From Balanoglossus misakiensis (Eukaryota; Animalia; Hemichordata): a stretch of 64,000 nucleotides of DNA. Numbering within the stretch: the stretch's first letter is position 1; each line of letters starts with the position of its first letter. Made by a program: the position numbers and the translations under genes. The stretch is from NCBI GenBank assembly GCA_040954595.2, contig CM082587.2, positions 3,108,275 to 3,172,274 of the forward strand, in the 5' to 3' direction. Below, one piece after another: positions 14,401 through 28,648 of the stretch. The notes under the pieces are model-generated. The model did no database searches, was not told the origin of the DNA, and was given only the letters and a program-made list of their open reading frames with translations.

Positions 14401-17400
14401 TGAGGCCCTGAGTCCACTCGGGCTTTCCTGTGAAAACAACAAACCTGCCTGGCACAGCTTGAATTCCCCTGGAGCCCATTGCATTACACCTACGCAGGAA
14501 ATCCTAGATACTGAACAGAGGTTGGAAAGAAAACTTGCCGGAAGAAAAACTATGCATGTTTCTGCCTCTAATTTAGTCGAGCTGCGTCTATCCTCTCATA
14601 TTATATTACTGTTGAAAATCATGTTTCATTTTCTGAGATTTCTCCAATCCCTGTCCTAGCTTATAAAGTCCACACAAATTACAACAAAAAAATGCCGCAA
14701 TACTGTTTATTTAGAGTACTGATAAATCATGTGTCGACATAAAACTAGTGATCTCAAGGGACTTCTTTTAATACAAAATTTCAAAATCACTGAACCATAC
14801 TATCGCGAACGATCTCTTTAACCCCAAACGCAACAGGAAGCCAGGGTCATACCACCTTGGGTCAAGTTTTAAATGTAGCGATTCTCTAAGCTGATAGGCT
14901 TGACCTTTATACAAACAACAAAACAAACAAACAAACAATGGCTGCACTGCCTGACACAAAAACGAACACATTCCAATGGTCAGAGTGTTTTACGGCTGGA
15001 GTATTACTAATACATTACTGACAAAACAATCCCTTTTCAGGCCTCTGCTCTGGTTTCACCTGGTGTTAGGTGTAACGAGTCGTTTAGGCGTCAAGATTCT
15101 GAAAGACAAATTTCATCTGAATTTCCTTGTCACAATTTTTTCAATTACCGTAATGATACTTATTAAATATATTCAAAATTTTAAGCCAGGAACTTTATTC
15201 GCCTACAGCATTTTCATTGATTAAAATCTCCACCCAAGGTCTTGTACACTGCATGATGGCCATGGACTAATCTATGTGTCCTTCAGGTTCCATTCAATAC
15301 TGTTACACATGTAGATGCCATGGTTACAAGCAGGTCATGTGATTTTCCTCCTTCTTGAAGTCCTTCGCTAAATTCTGTCATACATTCTCTGGGATAGGGG
15401 GAAAAAACTTATCCCGGAAGATTCTGGGACTGACCAAACTAGATGAAATCTGCAAGGTTCAAAAACAATCGCCGCAAGGTGAAGCTACAGTACAGCTGAC
15501 ATGCAGAGAATTTTAATCGGTACGTTTTACTACAGTGTAAATATCACAAAATTTTCAGTGTACTGTGTCATTTTCAAAATTGCATTCTGGGATACTTAAT
15601 CAAATCCTCCCCATGCCAAAGTACCATCAGAATTCGTACAAGGAATTATTTTGCCACGGCAACTCGCAGCATCATATTAAGCCCTCATCAGCACAGATTG
15701 CTTTGTTGGACGCTCCAGCTCCATGTTTTATTCATGGTGCATCTTCAGTGCGTGGAGCTAGCGTGACAGATAACTGAAAAATAAATTCATAACATTAAAC
15801 CGCACATATTTAAATGCTAATTTTATCTTCAAAAAATTGTAGCGTTATTCTGACAGGAGCCTGAATGAGTTATTTCAATGGCAATGATGCCCACATGTAC
15901 ACATGCAAAATCCTTAATGGCATTTTCAATCAGGTATCGCAAAAATACATCCCTTTTATTATTATCTAATCTATGCTAGTCACGTTTTTTTGTTCTCTCT
16001 CCCTTAATGGACCTTGTCAGCTCGATCGCCGGGTCGGCAGTGAAACAGTGTCGTGTCACCCAACCAGCTGTTTTGACATTCCTCCCGTCCTTGACACACT
16101 TCTTCACTTCACCTGGCAGCCTATCAGCAACACTGTGCAAGGCCATCCATTGAAAACCTCTCGCTGCTTGAAGGATATTTGACGTCACTATCTTGTGAAC
16201 TGGCTCACTGCCAACCCTGTGTTATTGTGCTGCTGTTGTTGTTTTTTAAATACCCCCTCTCCACATAAAACAAAAGATTTACTTTTTTTAGACGCAGGAT
16301 GACAAATATAGACTATTGTGTTTGGACTGTACGAGTAAAATAGATGTCATTTTCCCACGCCCGCGAAACAAAAGATGATACAACTACTTGATCTAGTTTT
16401 TTAACCTTTGAGGTGCAACATTTGGGTTTAACTATTGTCTCCCGCACTCAAAGCATGGTTAGAACCATACAGAAAATGAAGAGAATGAGATAGCTCGCTA
16501 TTTTATCACAAAAACAATGAGGACAGAACACTTCAAATTTTAGGCTGAACTTCAGAGATTAGCCAAATCAACCAGATGTCATCCAACAAAACATCTTCTT
16601 GGTACAATTGCATTTAGTTCATATGACCTCAAAACCGAAAGCACAATAACATTTATAGGAGAGGCGTGGAGGTCGATGCACTACACTTAAACCAGTTTTT
16701 CGCATTCTTTGACCACTTTTTGATTTTATTTAACCTTACACACTTGATATGTTACCTCAGATTGTGGGCATCCCCCCCCCCCCCCCCCACCATTTAAGAT
16801 TCATGGTGGGCAAACCCAACCAGGTCACACTGACAGAGAATAAATTGCCGACAGGTTCAAGAATGATAATCAGGAAGAGAACCGTCAGTGTACAATTTCC
16901 ACACACACACCGCTAGGCCCGTATTGAATGTCACCAGAGGCCCGTCCGAGAAACTGAAGACAGAGTCGTGAACAAACAAATTATTCTACAAACACAAGAT
17001 GACAGAAGGATCACAGAGTTTGCATGACTGATGGAGGTCAGAGGTCACTGCTGATGGAAAACAGGCCCACAAGGACTGTCAAGCACTTCCTGTGAAGGTG
17101 GTTTCCAATGGATACCAAGTTTACTTTTCGATATCACAACTTACATTATCACAATTGAATTCAAAGTCAAGCCAGTACCTCACATTCTATTCTGACAGGT
17201 ATCTCCTATTCTGAACTGTAAAGTCTGCAAAACTAAAACAAATCATTTCAAAGGAGCCTGCAGAACACGCCAACAGCATCGCAAAAATCCTGAAGTGACA
17301 TTTAGAGTTGTGTACGATAACAACTAATTGACAATATGTGAAAGGGTGAATACAGTCAGCGGCGGTTCATCTCTGTGACAACCATACCAAAACAGACCAG

Positions 17401-20400
17401 ATGATAACAAATTCATCTCTTTAAAGTAAAGCAGCAGTTATTTTAGGAGACGGCAGATGGTACCAGGCTAGTAATAGCCAGTTAGTGCCAGGGATTATCC
17501 AAATGATCATCCCCTTGTTTGCATTTTCTTAAATCTTATCGCTGGGTCATATTGCTGATACTGCCTTCTATTTGGCCCCCAATATCTGCAAGCCAATCTT
17601 TATCGCATTGAGGATAAGACCATAATATTACACTTTGATGTTTTTACTGAAAGCCTTTCCTCAAAGATATGTAGTTCAATTTTCCGTCAAAGCTATCCTT
17701 GGTAAACAATCCCTGGTTTTCACATTAGGGGGTACTCCACCCAGCCAGATACATGTATAGGCATATCAGTGTTTACTGTTTTGATAAATAAATTGCTATC
17801 AACTCTGATTTGCACGAACTAAGTATCACCTGATACAACTATTTAGAATGTACAACAATTGTAGCCCCCGAAGTGGGCTCATATTGCGAGTGGCTCATAA
17901 CAGTTCCCGCTGTAACGAACTCTAAAAAGTAACAGTAACTTCTTTTCATTTCTCGACTCACTGGACAATACTTTCATTCAGCTTTCAAACATCGTCACCT
18001 TGATCTGCTCGTTATTTTGTTAACTGACACAGCACACAACCAGCAGTGCGTTCTGTTGGCTCGCGGCCTACGTGAGACCACATGCATGAGAAGGGTTTCC
18101 AGGTCAGAAGCATTTAGCGATAAATGTTTGACCTGTTGATCAAATACACTGGTCGCACTCCACGTTTTTGCCCCCCACCCCCAGCGAGTCTACACCGTCT
18201 TAGCAACTGTGATTAATATGCTTAACAATAAGAAATAATGGGAGAAAATAAATGATTATTGCGTATACTTACATGAAATACGTGTTGAACTTCGTGCGAT
18301 ATCCTGTCTCCTTGTATCCTCCAAAGAACAGCTTGCTCCGAATTCAACACAAAAATAATGGGTTTATCATAAGTCCCCGTGGCAGCAATGGGTCGTATAT
18401 TAAGAAAAATTTCAGGTTTAGAATCAGCAGTCTCTTGACTGTTTTTAATATTAATAATGTGAACCTCTTCCGAGGTCGAAGTTTTTGCTCGGCTGTAGCA
18501 TCCCGGCCCAACCGAGTATTGTTCATAAATAGGAGTAACGTACGGAGAATTGAACGGTGAAACAGGCTGACAGGTTCTCAGTCCAGTGGAATCTGTAAGA
18601 CACCAAGAAAGAGAGAGTTATACATCTCAGTTTTTTTACTGCAAGGCTGTGTGTTTTAGAGCAGTATATATAAGCTTCATTTGCTGTGGTGCATAAGAAT
18701 TCATTAGGTTTCGCGCACATCTGAACGTAGCCGGCAAAATGACGGATTATTGAGAATATACTCAGGTTCTGTTGTCAATTTCAGGGACAAGGAGTCACAG
18801 TTCTTGGGATCAAAAGCGCTCCCGCCCTTGCTAAGACTTTTAAGTCAAAAGAAAACCTTTGAATTGTTTATTTGGAGAACACTTTCAATGACACGCCCTT
18901 GCCATTCATATTTGGGAAGATTTATGAAAACTAAAAAGAGTTATTTACGAGACCCTTGTCAGTCAGGCGGTAAACAACAGGCAAATCTGAGCATTCATCC
19001 ATCCTTTCCGGAAACCGACCATGTCACTGTGTAACCAGTAAAATACCAAAGAAACAATGTAACAGGCAAGGGAATTTTCTGTCAATTCTCCCTTGCGTAC
19101 CATCTGAACGTGTCCACATGAACGCAAATTTAGGTTACGACAACCCCGAGGAAACAGAAGACCCAGCTGCTAGGTCAATTTGGTCACAAAAGCCTCAGAT
19201 TCAAAAGTCTTGATCTATTCTCAAGAGGATGGACTTCAAAGAAACCTGTCACACAGTTGAATTTTATCTTCTTCAAAAAACTGAAACGGCGATAACGAAT
19301 GAACTTCAGCAAATTGTAACATAGGACGGTCGCTGCTACAAAGCGTGCATGCAGCTGACACCATCAGTAAACCATGGGGCACTAAAGACGGGTTGAAATT
19401 GCGGAAAACATTGACTGCTCCCCACACAATACATCAATACATTGGTGCAATCTGAAATGCCGGAAAAGTCTTTTATAGACGAAGCCTCTATAGGTTCTTT
19501 ACAAATTGTCGTGTGTGTGTGGTTTTGCTTAAAAACATGGTGGTGCTCTTTCATAGCAATCAATAAGCTGTAAGTGCTTTTTAAAATGCGGGCTAAGTGG
19601 TTTAACTGCTGTTTTCTGTCCCAGGTTCACAGATCAGGTCAGCACACTTAACCTGGTCACCCCTAGTTCTCCTATGGTTCAGTCCTCTCTAATGGGAGCA
19701 AATAATTGGATCACAGCACTGGAGAACATGGGGGAGGGGTGCAACCTTCAGAGTTTTGTATACCTCATTTGTTTGCTTTAATTTCAAATTCTTTGAGAGC
19801 AAAATATGCCTTTGAATATTGATCTATTTTGTATAAATCCTGACTGGAGCCATTCTGTATGATATTGTGAATCATAACATGTCCAGTCAAGATTTTTTAT
19901 GCACAAAAGTTGCGTAGGTAAAAAGCGACTCTCCCTGTTTGTTTGTTTTTTCACTTTGTAAAATTAACATTGATAATATCAACCAGCCTAATGGAAGCTC
20001 AAAACCATACACATTGCAAATAAGATCACTAAAATGTTCAAAATTTGGGTCAGTTTTTCATCCCAAACTCTTCGTATCCTTGAGAGCATTTTTTTCCCCA
20101 GTTGACAGTCAGTGATCGACACCAACATAAGCCGCATATCAATGTCATTACACATTTACTTTGCGAGAAAAAACACAGCACAAGACATTCTGTGAATACC
20201 CGAGCTGTCACACTGGCCGAAACTCAATCCAATACTTCCAACAGAATATCTCTAACCGCATTTCAATGCGTACGGCCAACATAGCGGTCTTGTTACATCC
20301 ACAGACACCGTTTCTTTTCTCTTCGGATTGTCGCAGCGAGACCAGCCGCGGCAAGGGTTCATTCTCTACACAAAACTGCAGGGACATGTTTTTCGGCTGT

Positions 20401-23400
20401 TGTCGGGTAAACATGTGCATGTCACCGGTAAAGAAAGACATTCCTGTAAACACTGTTTTCACCCCCAATGCTGTACTCTCTCTCTTTTGTGTCAAAAGGT
20501 CCGCCTACTTCCTCTCTCGAAAATGTAACTACCTGCAAGTCTACTACGCCATAAACTTTTATTGTTGTTCAGGCACTGACAATCTCTGTAAAAAGAAAAC
20601 TCCCGGAAAGACATCCCCAAGAAAAGCTTTCTCTTTTAATAGCATTAATCTGAATTATCTGCAAAAATGTTCTTGGGTAAGTGCGGCCATATACAAGCTC
20701 AACATATCATAATGTCACATATTGTCACATCCCCAGGGACCACTATCCCCCCTCTGAGGTCACAAGAAGTACACCAAACTGTATTTCAAAACTAATTTAT
20801 ATGTAACTACATCATGTAATTTACTGTCCCGTTCTGCTTCATCTGAGTGGGGAATTATACTAGAAGTGTGTCAGGGTAAGTGACCAGTAGCTCAGAAGCC
20901 GACTAAACGCACGAACAAGATGACCCTGGGTTGAACTCTGTCAGCATTTGCTGGGGAAAGTGAACATGTATGAAACCTTACACATTCACTGTTCAAATTT
21001 CAATGGTAAAACAGAAAATCCTTATTCGATTTGCTCCCGATAATACAGGCTTTCAACTTCCATATCCCACACCCACACACAGTAAACATATGTTCATATA
21101 CCACATGGAGAGGAGTCTATTGTAATCATAACAAACATTATGAGAATTACACAAAATCCACACTGCTTTTGGGGAAAATGAGCTTTTTCATTTAAAAGTC
21201 ACTGCAAAGCTCACTAAAACCTATTTATGGATTATATTTCATCCTATCCCGGCCATTGTGGGCAATTCCAACCAACAGTGACATATGGACCTGCTGAATC
21301 CTATATCCTCCCAGCATGCATTGCTCTAGTTTTAGTCACAACAAATATTTATTACAAATGATCCTTTATTCCAGTCACCAACAAATGCAACCAATTGTAC
21401 TTGACCTCAAACCCCTTCCCCTAATACATAAGTTTAGAAGTCAGTCAGAAACCACACACAAACACACAGGGTGACTGTCCTAGATGTGTTTGTCCTCTAC
21501 ATGACATCCCCATACAAATTGCACTCCAAATGACCTGTTCGAAATTAAATTAAACTACCAGTATGGCCTGTCTGGCTGTTATCTTTCAGTGCATGTTCAT
21601 CCCATAGTAAGTTTTTATTTCTAAATATACCCCTCAGTCGATTTCAGTCACCTTACTGCAAACATGACTCACAGTTACGAGATGGGACACACATATTGTC
21701 CGTGTTACGTGTATTTCACAGTTGGTGGTTGACAAATACCTTTCAAAAATGTACATGGGGGGAAAACAGTAATACAATTCTCACAAAATGAAAAAAAACA
21801 ACAACGAAATGAAAACAAATACATAAGTTGGTTTCAGGTCAAATCTCTGACACACAATATCCTAAGGAGAGCTAGTATTACTTGATGGGGGGTTGGGAGA
21901 GAAAGAAATTGACATGTACATGCTTACATAAATAAATCATCTTAGAATCTGTCACAAACCACAGGGGAGCACACACAATGTGTGACACAGAAGAGGAAAA
22001 TGGCCATTTACATGGGGGTGATAGATGCAGCAACAGGTTGCAAGATGGCAGTGATCTTCTTGTAAAAATCTGCTCCTTAAAAGTCCATTTTAGCATGAAG
22101 TCCTACAACCAATTCTCGTGCCAATAATTATTCATTTCACCGAGTAATTGGAAGTTCAAATGAGCAGATGCAATTGACGGGGGAAATCCATCACATCAAA
22201 TTGGCTGTCCTTTGAGAGATTCTCATCACAGAGGTGACTCCAACCCAGAATATTGAACATGAATTTAGGCCAAGGTAAATAAATTCTATCTAGGTTTCCA
22301 TCGCACATTTTGGTAAGTTACCAAAAATGTTACTTCTCATCATATTTCACCAAGAGTTGCTTGGTGGCATCAAATTAATAATAAGGCGGTAATTTTAGAG
22401 TGTGCGCTAAGGGTACTTTACATGCACATCTGCAAACTACAGCTGTGCCGTACAATACATGATTGATATTTCATACGATAGCCAAATAAACTCAGCATGT
22501 CCAGGGCAATTTATGTGGAGCAATAAAAACAATAATAGTAACAGTATATTTAGTATATATATATGTCCTACTTAACATGAAATGTCCTCATCACGTTTAC
22601 ATTTTTATACTGGTTTTCTTATTGTCTCACAAGCTGCTCAAAATCTTTCGAAGATGATGTACTATATCTGATTATGCTATGACTTTGACGTTGCCAGTTT
22701 CCCACAATGCACCAAGCACGGTTCTAAATAAGAGCAACACTTTGCTCACGCTTCAATGCAATTAGATAAACTGGGCATGGTGACGGTGTGCCCTTGAACT
22801 AATATACTTCAGATTTATTGATTTAGGTCACACATCGTTTGTACAAAGCCAATGGCATGCCATGCGTCATCAGGGGGGGGGGGGAAGTACTGGTTTTTTA
22901 CTTGATACCAAAAAACGCTGGTTCACATGCTCTACTGATCAACATTGACGACTAATATAATACCAGCGATCCCTTCCTCTATGTGAACACTTTGTAGTTT
23001 TTAAGGTGTACACACCTTGGAGTCTTCAATTTTTTTTAGGTATGAGGAATGATTTTCAATCAGCATCATCTTTGGATCTGTGCACGTGGTCCGCCATTTG
23101 CTGCTGGTGCATAGTGGCGACTTTACTAGTACTTAATTGGAGAAATTTATACGACACAGTACCACAAGCAGGCGTGGGATCTAAAACACAAAGAAACTAA
23201 CATGTTTGCTTGTTCCACTTGACTACCAAATGAACATAATAATGAAGTGTTTGTCCGACACGACAACCCCCCACCCCTCAAAACACTGCATTTGCATGTA
23301 TGCAAATTAGACGCGCACTGTAATGAATATATTACATGCCCAAGTCCTATTCACAGGACAATGAACCCTGGTTTATAATTTGCAAAGCTAATCTCCTCTG

Positions 23401-26400
23401 GTTGGAAAAAACAGCATTACGTAAGCAACGTTGCCAAATTCTTGGAAAAAGCAAAAAAGACTAATCTACGCGATGACATAGTCATTTAATTACTCTTTTC
23501 ACTGAAATGCAATTACAGCTTTTTATGAGGCAAGTTTCTGGCAAGAAACATTTAGAGAAGCCAATATAGTTTTAAAGTGGTCTTCATTTTACAACCAAGG
23601 ACGTTGGTAAACAGGGATAACTTATAAGATTACACAGAAATCATTCCTAATGTTCCCGAGTTTGAATTGTATAATTTGCAAGCCTAACAAGTTCAGCCAT
23701 TCATCATTAAATTTCAAGAACTAAATCTATTTAAAATTGAATTTTTTTTGTTTTTCAATAAACTTTGAGTAGGTGACAAGAGTTTCCATCCCATCAACGG
23801 GAAATTGGATCTTGACCTTCCATTTATCACTTCCAAGTTTATCAAACTTTTCACAAAAACAACCCAGGTGCAAATGAGAGAGATATTCCCTGAAACTTAC
23901 GTTTGAAGAAACACAACGAAAGCAAACGTACACAAAGCAAGTAGTTACAGTAGTTCAGAAATCAGCTTATCTGCTTCCAAATAAACCTGACCGCCCCCTC
24001 CCCTCACCCCCAGGAAGGAAATCTAAGTAACCTGCACCGAAATTTGACCCCCTCGCAATTCCACACTGACTGAGGTCAGTTCTCGGGACACTTCAGACTG
24101 TAACTGAACTTGACTCACAACTGCAGCTACATTCGATCTCCCTCAAAAACAAAGCAGGTGTTGTTTTTACAACAAACCGCCAATGGCAGTGCTATATATA
24201 AACACACTGCAGCAGTAACTCCATGACTGGGGTATGCGCAAAACAAACAACGACAAAAGATCTTTTTTTCAATGACTGAAGCAGTGTTCTGCCACCTCCA
24301 TAAATCCACGGATTCCATTATGAACCATAGTGAAAAGATCCATTGACACTCTATATCCCAGCGGTAAGAACCTGATCGTCTTGGTAACAACACTGATGTG
24401 ATAGCCTAATAGACATGGCAACGCACTAAAGAATTCCCATCACTTCAAACATTTTGGTGGTTTATGATTTTTTGACAGAAACTCGCAAACCACAAACACT
24501 CCCCAGAGAAGATTACTTTAGTCTGGACTGGTCCTAGTCTGATTCAACTCGTGTGAACAACACAATATTATTCAAGGACACCAACAGACACATGCTGTTG
24601 AGTCTGTAGTAAACAAGGTGGCATGTGCGCTAAAGATAGTTTAATTCCAATGCATTACAAAATCGGACTGATTAAAATAGGCAAGTTCATTCAACTCGAC
24701 TGCGATGGTCACTCATTCTGCAACCTGCATCTGGGGACCTGCCACAATCAGTTACCTTGTTACATTCCTGTCTGACCCTAGAAGTAAAGGAAGAAAAATG
24801 CAAATTTTGCTTGAAATAAAAGTCCATCCGTTAATCAGTGCACCCCGTATGTGAGCTTGTGTATAGTAACTACGCTCCTCGATTTGACAAAATCATAGCT
24901 CACACCGTACATCCACTACCCATCCGAAACACACAAACACAATTTACCATGCACGTTAACTGTTCTATGAAGGGCTGGATGGAGTGAAAATTCTACAGAA
25001 ATAGAGGTGAAAGGGTCGAAAAGGCTGTCACTGATCCGACCTGCCTGAACGCTCATTATCCTTTGATTTCAAATACACACAAGTATTGAAATCTCCACAC
25101 TGAGGATTTACCCACTGAAATACTCCATCAATGACAGCGTTTCTTGGGGGAAATCAGTGATGTGCGATACCCGATTTTGCTCTACATCTCTGGATAACCG
25201 TGCAACGGACGAGAGGAAAGCTGAATTATGTTGGCCGTAAGAAGCGTTTTAATTAGCGTGGAGGGGCCCGAGTGGCAGGATGTAGCAAAACATGGCACAT
25301 TAGGCATCTAATTGCGAATTCAGAACGCGATCGGCAATAAACCCTGACAACGCTTGGATGCAAACCGTTATGCAGCGTGCGTCCATCTACGCATTCAGAA
25401 TGCATTTAGTCCTTCGCTAAAATCGACCCTGACCTGATTCTGAGTTAATGCCTTCAGCCTTTTTATCAACAACACGACACATCCACGGCACACCAGAAAA
25501 ACTGATGTACATCTAGGAGGCGTATTTACAAGTGAAGGTGACACTCTTGGGCAAATTCGTTTTATACGTATTTCTCTTAATGCCACATCACTCCCTGTAA
25601 TCATTTTCGCTTCTTTCAACAAAAAAATCTTCAGTTTTCTATGTCATACCTGAGGTGACAGCCTAATACACGGTGTGGAACAAAGTCCTGCACCCAAGGA
25701 TTCAAATTGAGCATGCTCAGTACATTCTCCCCTGGAATGCCAGATCCAGTACTGGTCAATTTGCATAACAATACAATCAACTGTTACAATGAGTTTCTAT
25801 TGTTTTCCAAGTGATTAGCTGATACCCAAAAACAATAGAAACTCAAGGGGAGAACAACTGAAAAGTCAGACTGGTGAAAATTGTCCAAATTCACAGGTCA
25901 GGTGAGGAACTTCCTGGCCAAGACAAAAACAAAGCTTGTGATTCAACATTTTTGTTCCCTTATCAATCCAAAGCCTTTGTATATCATGCCAGGTTAATGC
26001 TAGAGTCGCCGAAAATATCTGGAAAGACTGTCGTGTAAAGGGTAGACGCATTATATCTCAAAAGTGTTCAATAATTTTCAATTTCAGTATCCTTCAGTAA
26101 CAATTTTATAAATCCTGACTTGAACCCATCACATTGTTGAGAATGACACTGTCCTAAACCCACCGAACAGCTGCAGAGATCGCCGGAAATCGAAAAATTG
26201 ACTGGAATTTTGTTTCCCTTTGCGTTTGACTAAACTCCAGTAAAAGTGTACACGTGTGCATGCTCATGAACTGTCCAACCCTAATAAATAAATCACTGTG
26301 CAGAAGTGGCACACACTCTTTAAGAGTTCATACGGTAAGAAGTGGGTCAAGCTGTTATTATATATAGCTCAAATAAAAATCAAGTCAAAAATGTACTCAT

Positions 26401-27570
26401 TTTCATAGAACCGGGGCAGGTAATGATAAGAGAACAACAGGAATAAAATTGATTCAGTGTTGGCAAACAAAACAGTTCAGGTAGGCGGAAATTTTTTTTT
26501 AATCACATGGTATATAAATAGTCTACATCTGGTTACATTTTGAATGCTTGAATGATCAGCAAGCAGGCAAATCTGCTAGCGCCCATTGTGTGATATTTTT
26601 ATCAGCATTGGGCAACTGCATTCATACTTTTAAATTTGATTACAATGTTACTATTAAAAATGTTGACCCACATAGGTGTGCCATGTAGATTTCATTGCAT
26701 GTAGATTTCATCAATTGACTGAGCTCAATCTGTTTTCATTGTAAAAAGTGCTACTTTGGCCAACCTGTCACTATAGATAATTTTTGCAACAACGCTTAAT
26801 TTGTGTTCTGCTTTCTTTGTAAACGCACACAAAAGTATTGGCCATTATAAACTGGAGAAGCATTCCGAACCACCGATTGGAGTTTGGCAACGACGTGTTT
26901 TCTTTTTTCTTTTTGTAAACAAAGCCGTGATCATGTGAGCGTCATGGCCGCTAGCGCTGAACCCTTCCGATCTCTCCGTCCCGGCCTTCGCTGCATGCCC
27001 GGCCCGAACTCTCGCATAGCAACTACCGCACGATAACGCACTCATTCGTATTACAGTCACACGGACAATTTAATACACGTTTCTGCCGCTATCAATTTGC
27101 CGATAAATCTTGAGAGATCGAGCGCGTGTGCGTCGGATTTATGGTCGCACGCACAAGCAAATAAGCCTTGAAATGGCTTCGCCATTGCAGGAGGTCGAAG
27201 ACCATCTACAAGGGCTTTGAAGTTCTTTGGTGCGCGACGCATCGGTAAGGGGTCCACCGACCCTCTGTTCTACCAGTGATGATCAGAATAAAATGCTGTA
27301 CGCCTGCTGTTAAGAGAAGCGCCGCAAATGATGAATAGGAGCAGCTAGTCTTGGCTACAGCATTGACACCGTCTTGGCATGACGCCATTCTTTCGCTGAC
27401 AAAAACAAACGTTGAATATTGACAAAAGCAGTGGCGTTCTGCTTGTTGCCGTTGTGTTTGGGCAATTTACGAGCGATCGCCGCCTGCTACAGTCGGGCAA
27501 ACTCACCTTTGAGGAGACTCCACTGTAGAACCACTAACGTAGAAAACCAGAACGTGTTCATTTTGGTCAT
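8449..27570 (-). CDS. TGFBR3: TGF-beta receptor type III (betaglycan/endoglin family): signal peptide, two orphan-domain repeats, ZP module, transmembrane helix, short cytoplasmic tail
   Basis: In-frame GT-AG exons: 27570-27507 (MTKMNTFWFSTLVVLQWSLLK, signal-like; least certain), 18592-18273 (GCYSRAKTSTSEEVHIINI..IIFVLNSEQAVLW; absent from the ORF track in this frame), 11799-11622 (LLEWAKERYGVATSFTEI..IYVRVGE), 11531-11203 (EVHVIEV..LILKGPSGVNW), 11076-10887, 10738-10458, 10351-9945, 9808-9622, 9486-9378, 9202-9083, 8949-8845 ([33 protein letters not shown]) and 8636-8449. The TM and orphan segments closely resemble vertebrate betaglycan ([43 protein letters not shown]). Confidence 0.92.
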
Positions 27571-27679
27571 CTTCCCCCGATGACGACCACAAACACCGAC
27601 GAAATCTGATCAATTTTGACAGCGTTGTCCTTGAACTTCGATGTATGCTGTGAAAAACAAGAGGGCGGCATGTCATGTC

Positions 27680-28468
27680 GGTAACAGGTCGTTTCGGCAC
27701 TGCGGAGTTTCGGCCCCAGTCACTTCGGCACCCAATTTTCACGACCCCGGTCTGTTCGGCCCCGACACCCCAGTCGTTTCGGTACTTATCTGTAATGGCC
27801 CAACTAAACTTGGCTCTAGGTCCCCCGGGTATATACCCGTAGGGTATCATCAGGCGCCACAGTCTTTCAGATAAGTAACAAGTTGAATTAGTTCTCGCTT
27901 CCTGTACAGTATCATTTTAATGTAGCTAATGAAATAGGTAAACATCATCTAATGGTTCTGCGTGCATAAATTATAGTCCCGACGCGTGCCAAGTTTGTGG
28001 CCTAGGTTACAGCACGTACATTTAAAGCAATATGTTATACGAAATTTTTATTTCTTCCATACGAATACAAGTTTAACTTAAAGTGAGAAAACTAAACAGC
28101 ATTGCAACCGGGTAGAATGGCATATAGTGTGGCGCAACTCAGTGCTTTGTCGGCGCGACCTGCTTTGTGGAGCTATACAGATGTATTTGCATAATGACCG
28201 ATAAAATATGCCATAGATTGTGTTAATCGCTGCTATGAATTTGCATTTTCTTAGTCCCGTCTGCTTGAATTTTACTTTTGCTAGGGTTACCACAATTACT
28301 TTTATAACAGTCTCAGGAAAAATACATACGTTTTATTCAATTTTACTTAAGGCTACCGATAAGTACCGAAACGACTGGGGTGTCGGGGCCGAACAGACCG
28401 GGGTCGTGAAAATTGGGTGCCGAAGTGACTGGGGCCGAAACTCCGCGGTGCCGAAACGACTCGAAAGC
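27680..28468. mobile_element. Non-autonomous DNA transposon (MITE/foldback, MULE-like), 789 bp
   Basis: 103-bp inverted repeats at 27688-27790 and 28358-28460 differ by one mismatch. The 8-bp TSD GTCATGTC is at 27672-27679 and 28469-28476. Termini are G...C, the TIRs are built of repeated TTCGG(C/T)(A/C)C motifs, and the interior is AT-rich with no transposase ORF. Confidence 0.88.
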
Positions 28469-28648
28469 GTCATGTCACCCACGTCGAGAGACGCGAGCAC
28501 ACAAACTCTTTCGTCGGCGTTACACGATTTCACGCGAAGGACGACCCACGGAATCGGTGTGGGACGCAAATTAAACAGTTGTAGAAAGACAAGAGGCAGT
28601 GAAAGTGCCGCAAGATGAACGATCAGTGCGAGAAAAACGACAGCTTAC

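Noticed and set aside
14768-14971. ORF with QLRESLHLKLDP, faintly like the betaglycan N-terminus
   Set aside because: The true exon was found at 18592-18273 with correct phases and much better similarity.
20161-20712. 183-aa plus-strand ORF within a receptor intron
   Set aside because: Non-ATG start, no recognisable domain, and composition typical of random intronic sequence.
20884-20946. tRNA-like A box (TAGCTCAG) and B-box-like GGGTTGAACTC
   Set aside because: No cloverleaf pairing and the boxes are degenerate; at most an old SINE head.
27206-27388. ORF MASCQDG..FAALLLTAG as candidate signal-peptide exon
   Set aside because: No suitable phase-1 GT donor. Exon 27570-27507 has a consensus donor in the right phase.
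27503-28618. Two ORFs sharing the peptide TDKYRNDWGVGAEQTGVVKIGCRSDWGRNSAVPKR
   Set aside because: Artefact of translating the two arms of the inverted repeat, not a duplicated gene.
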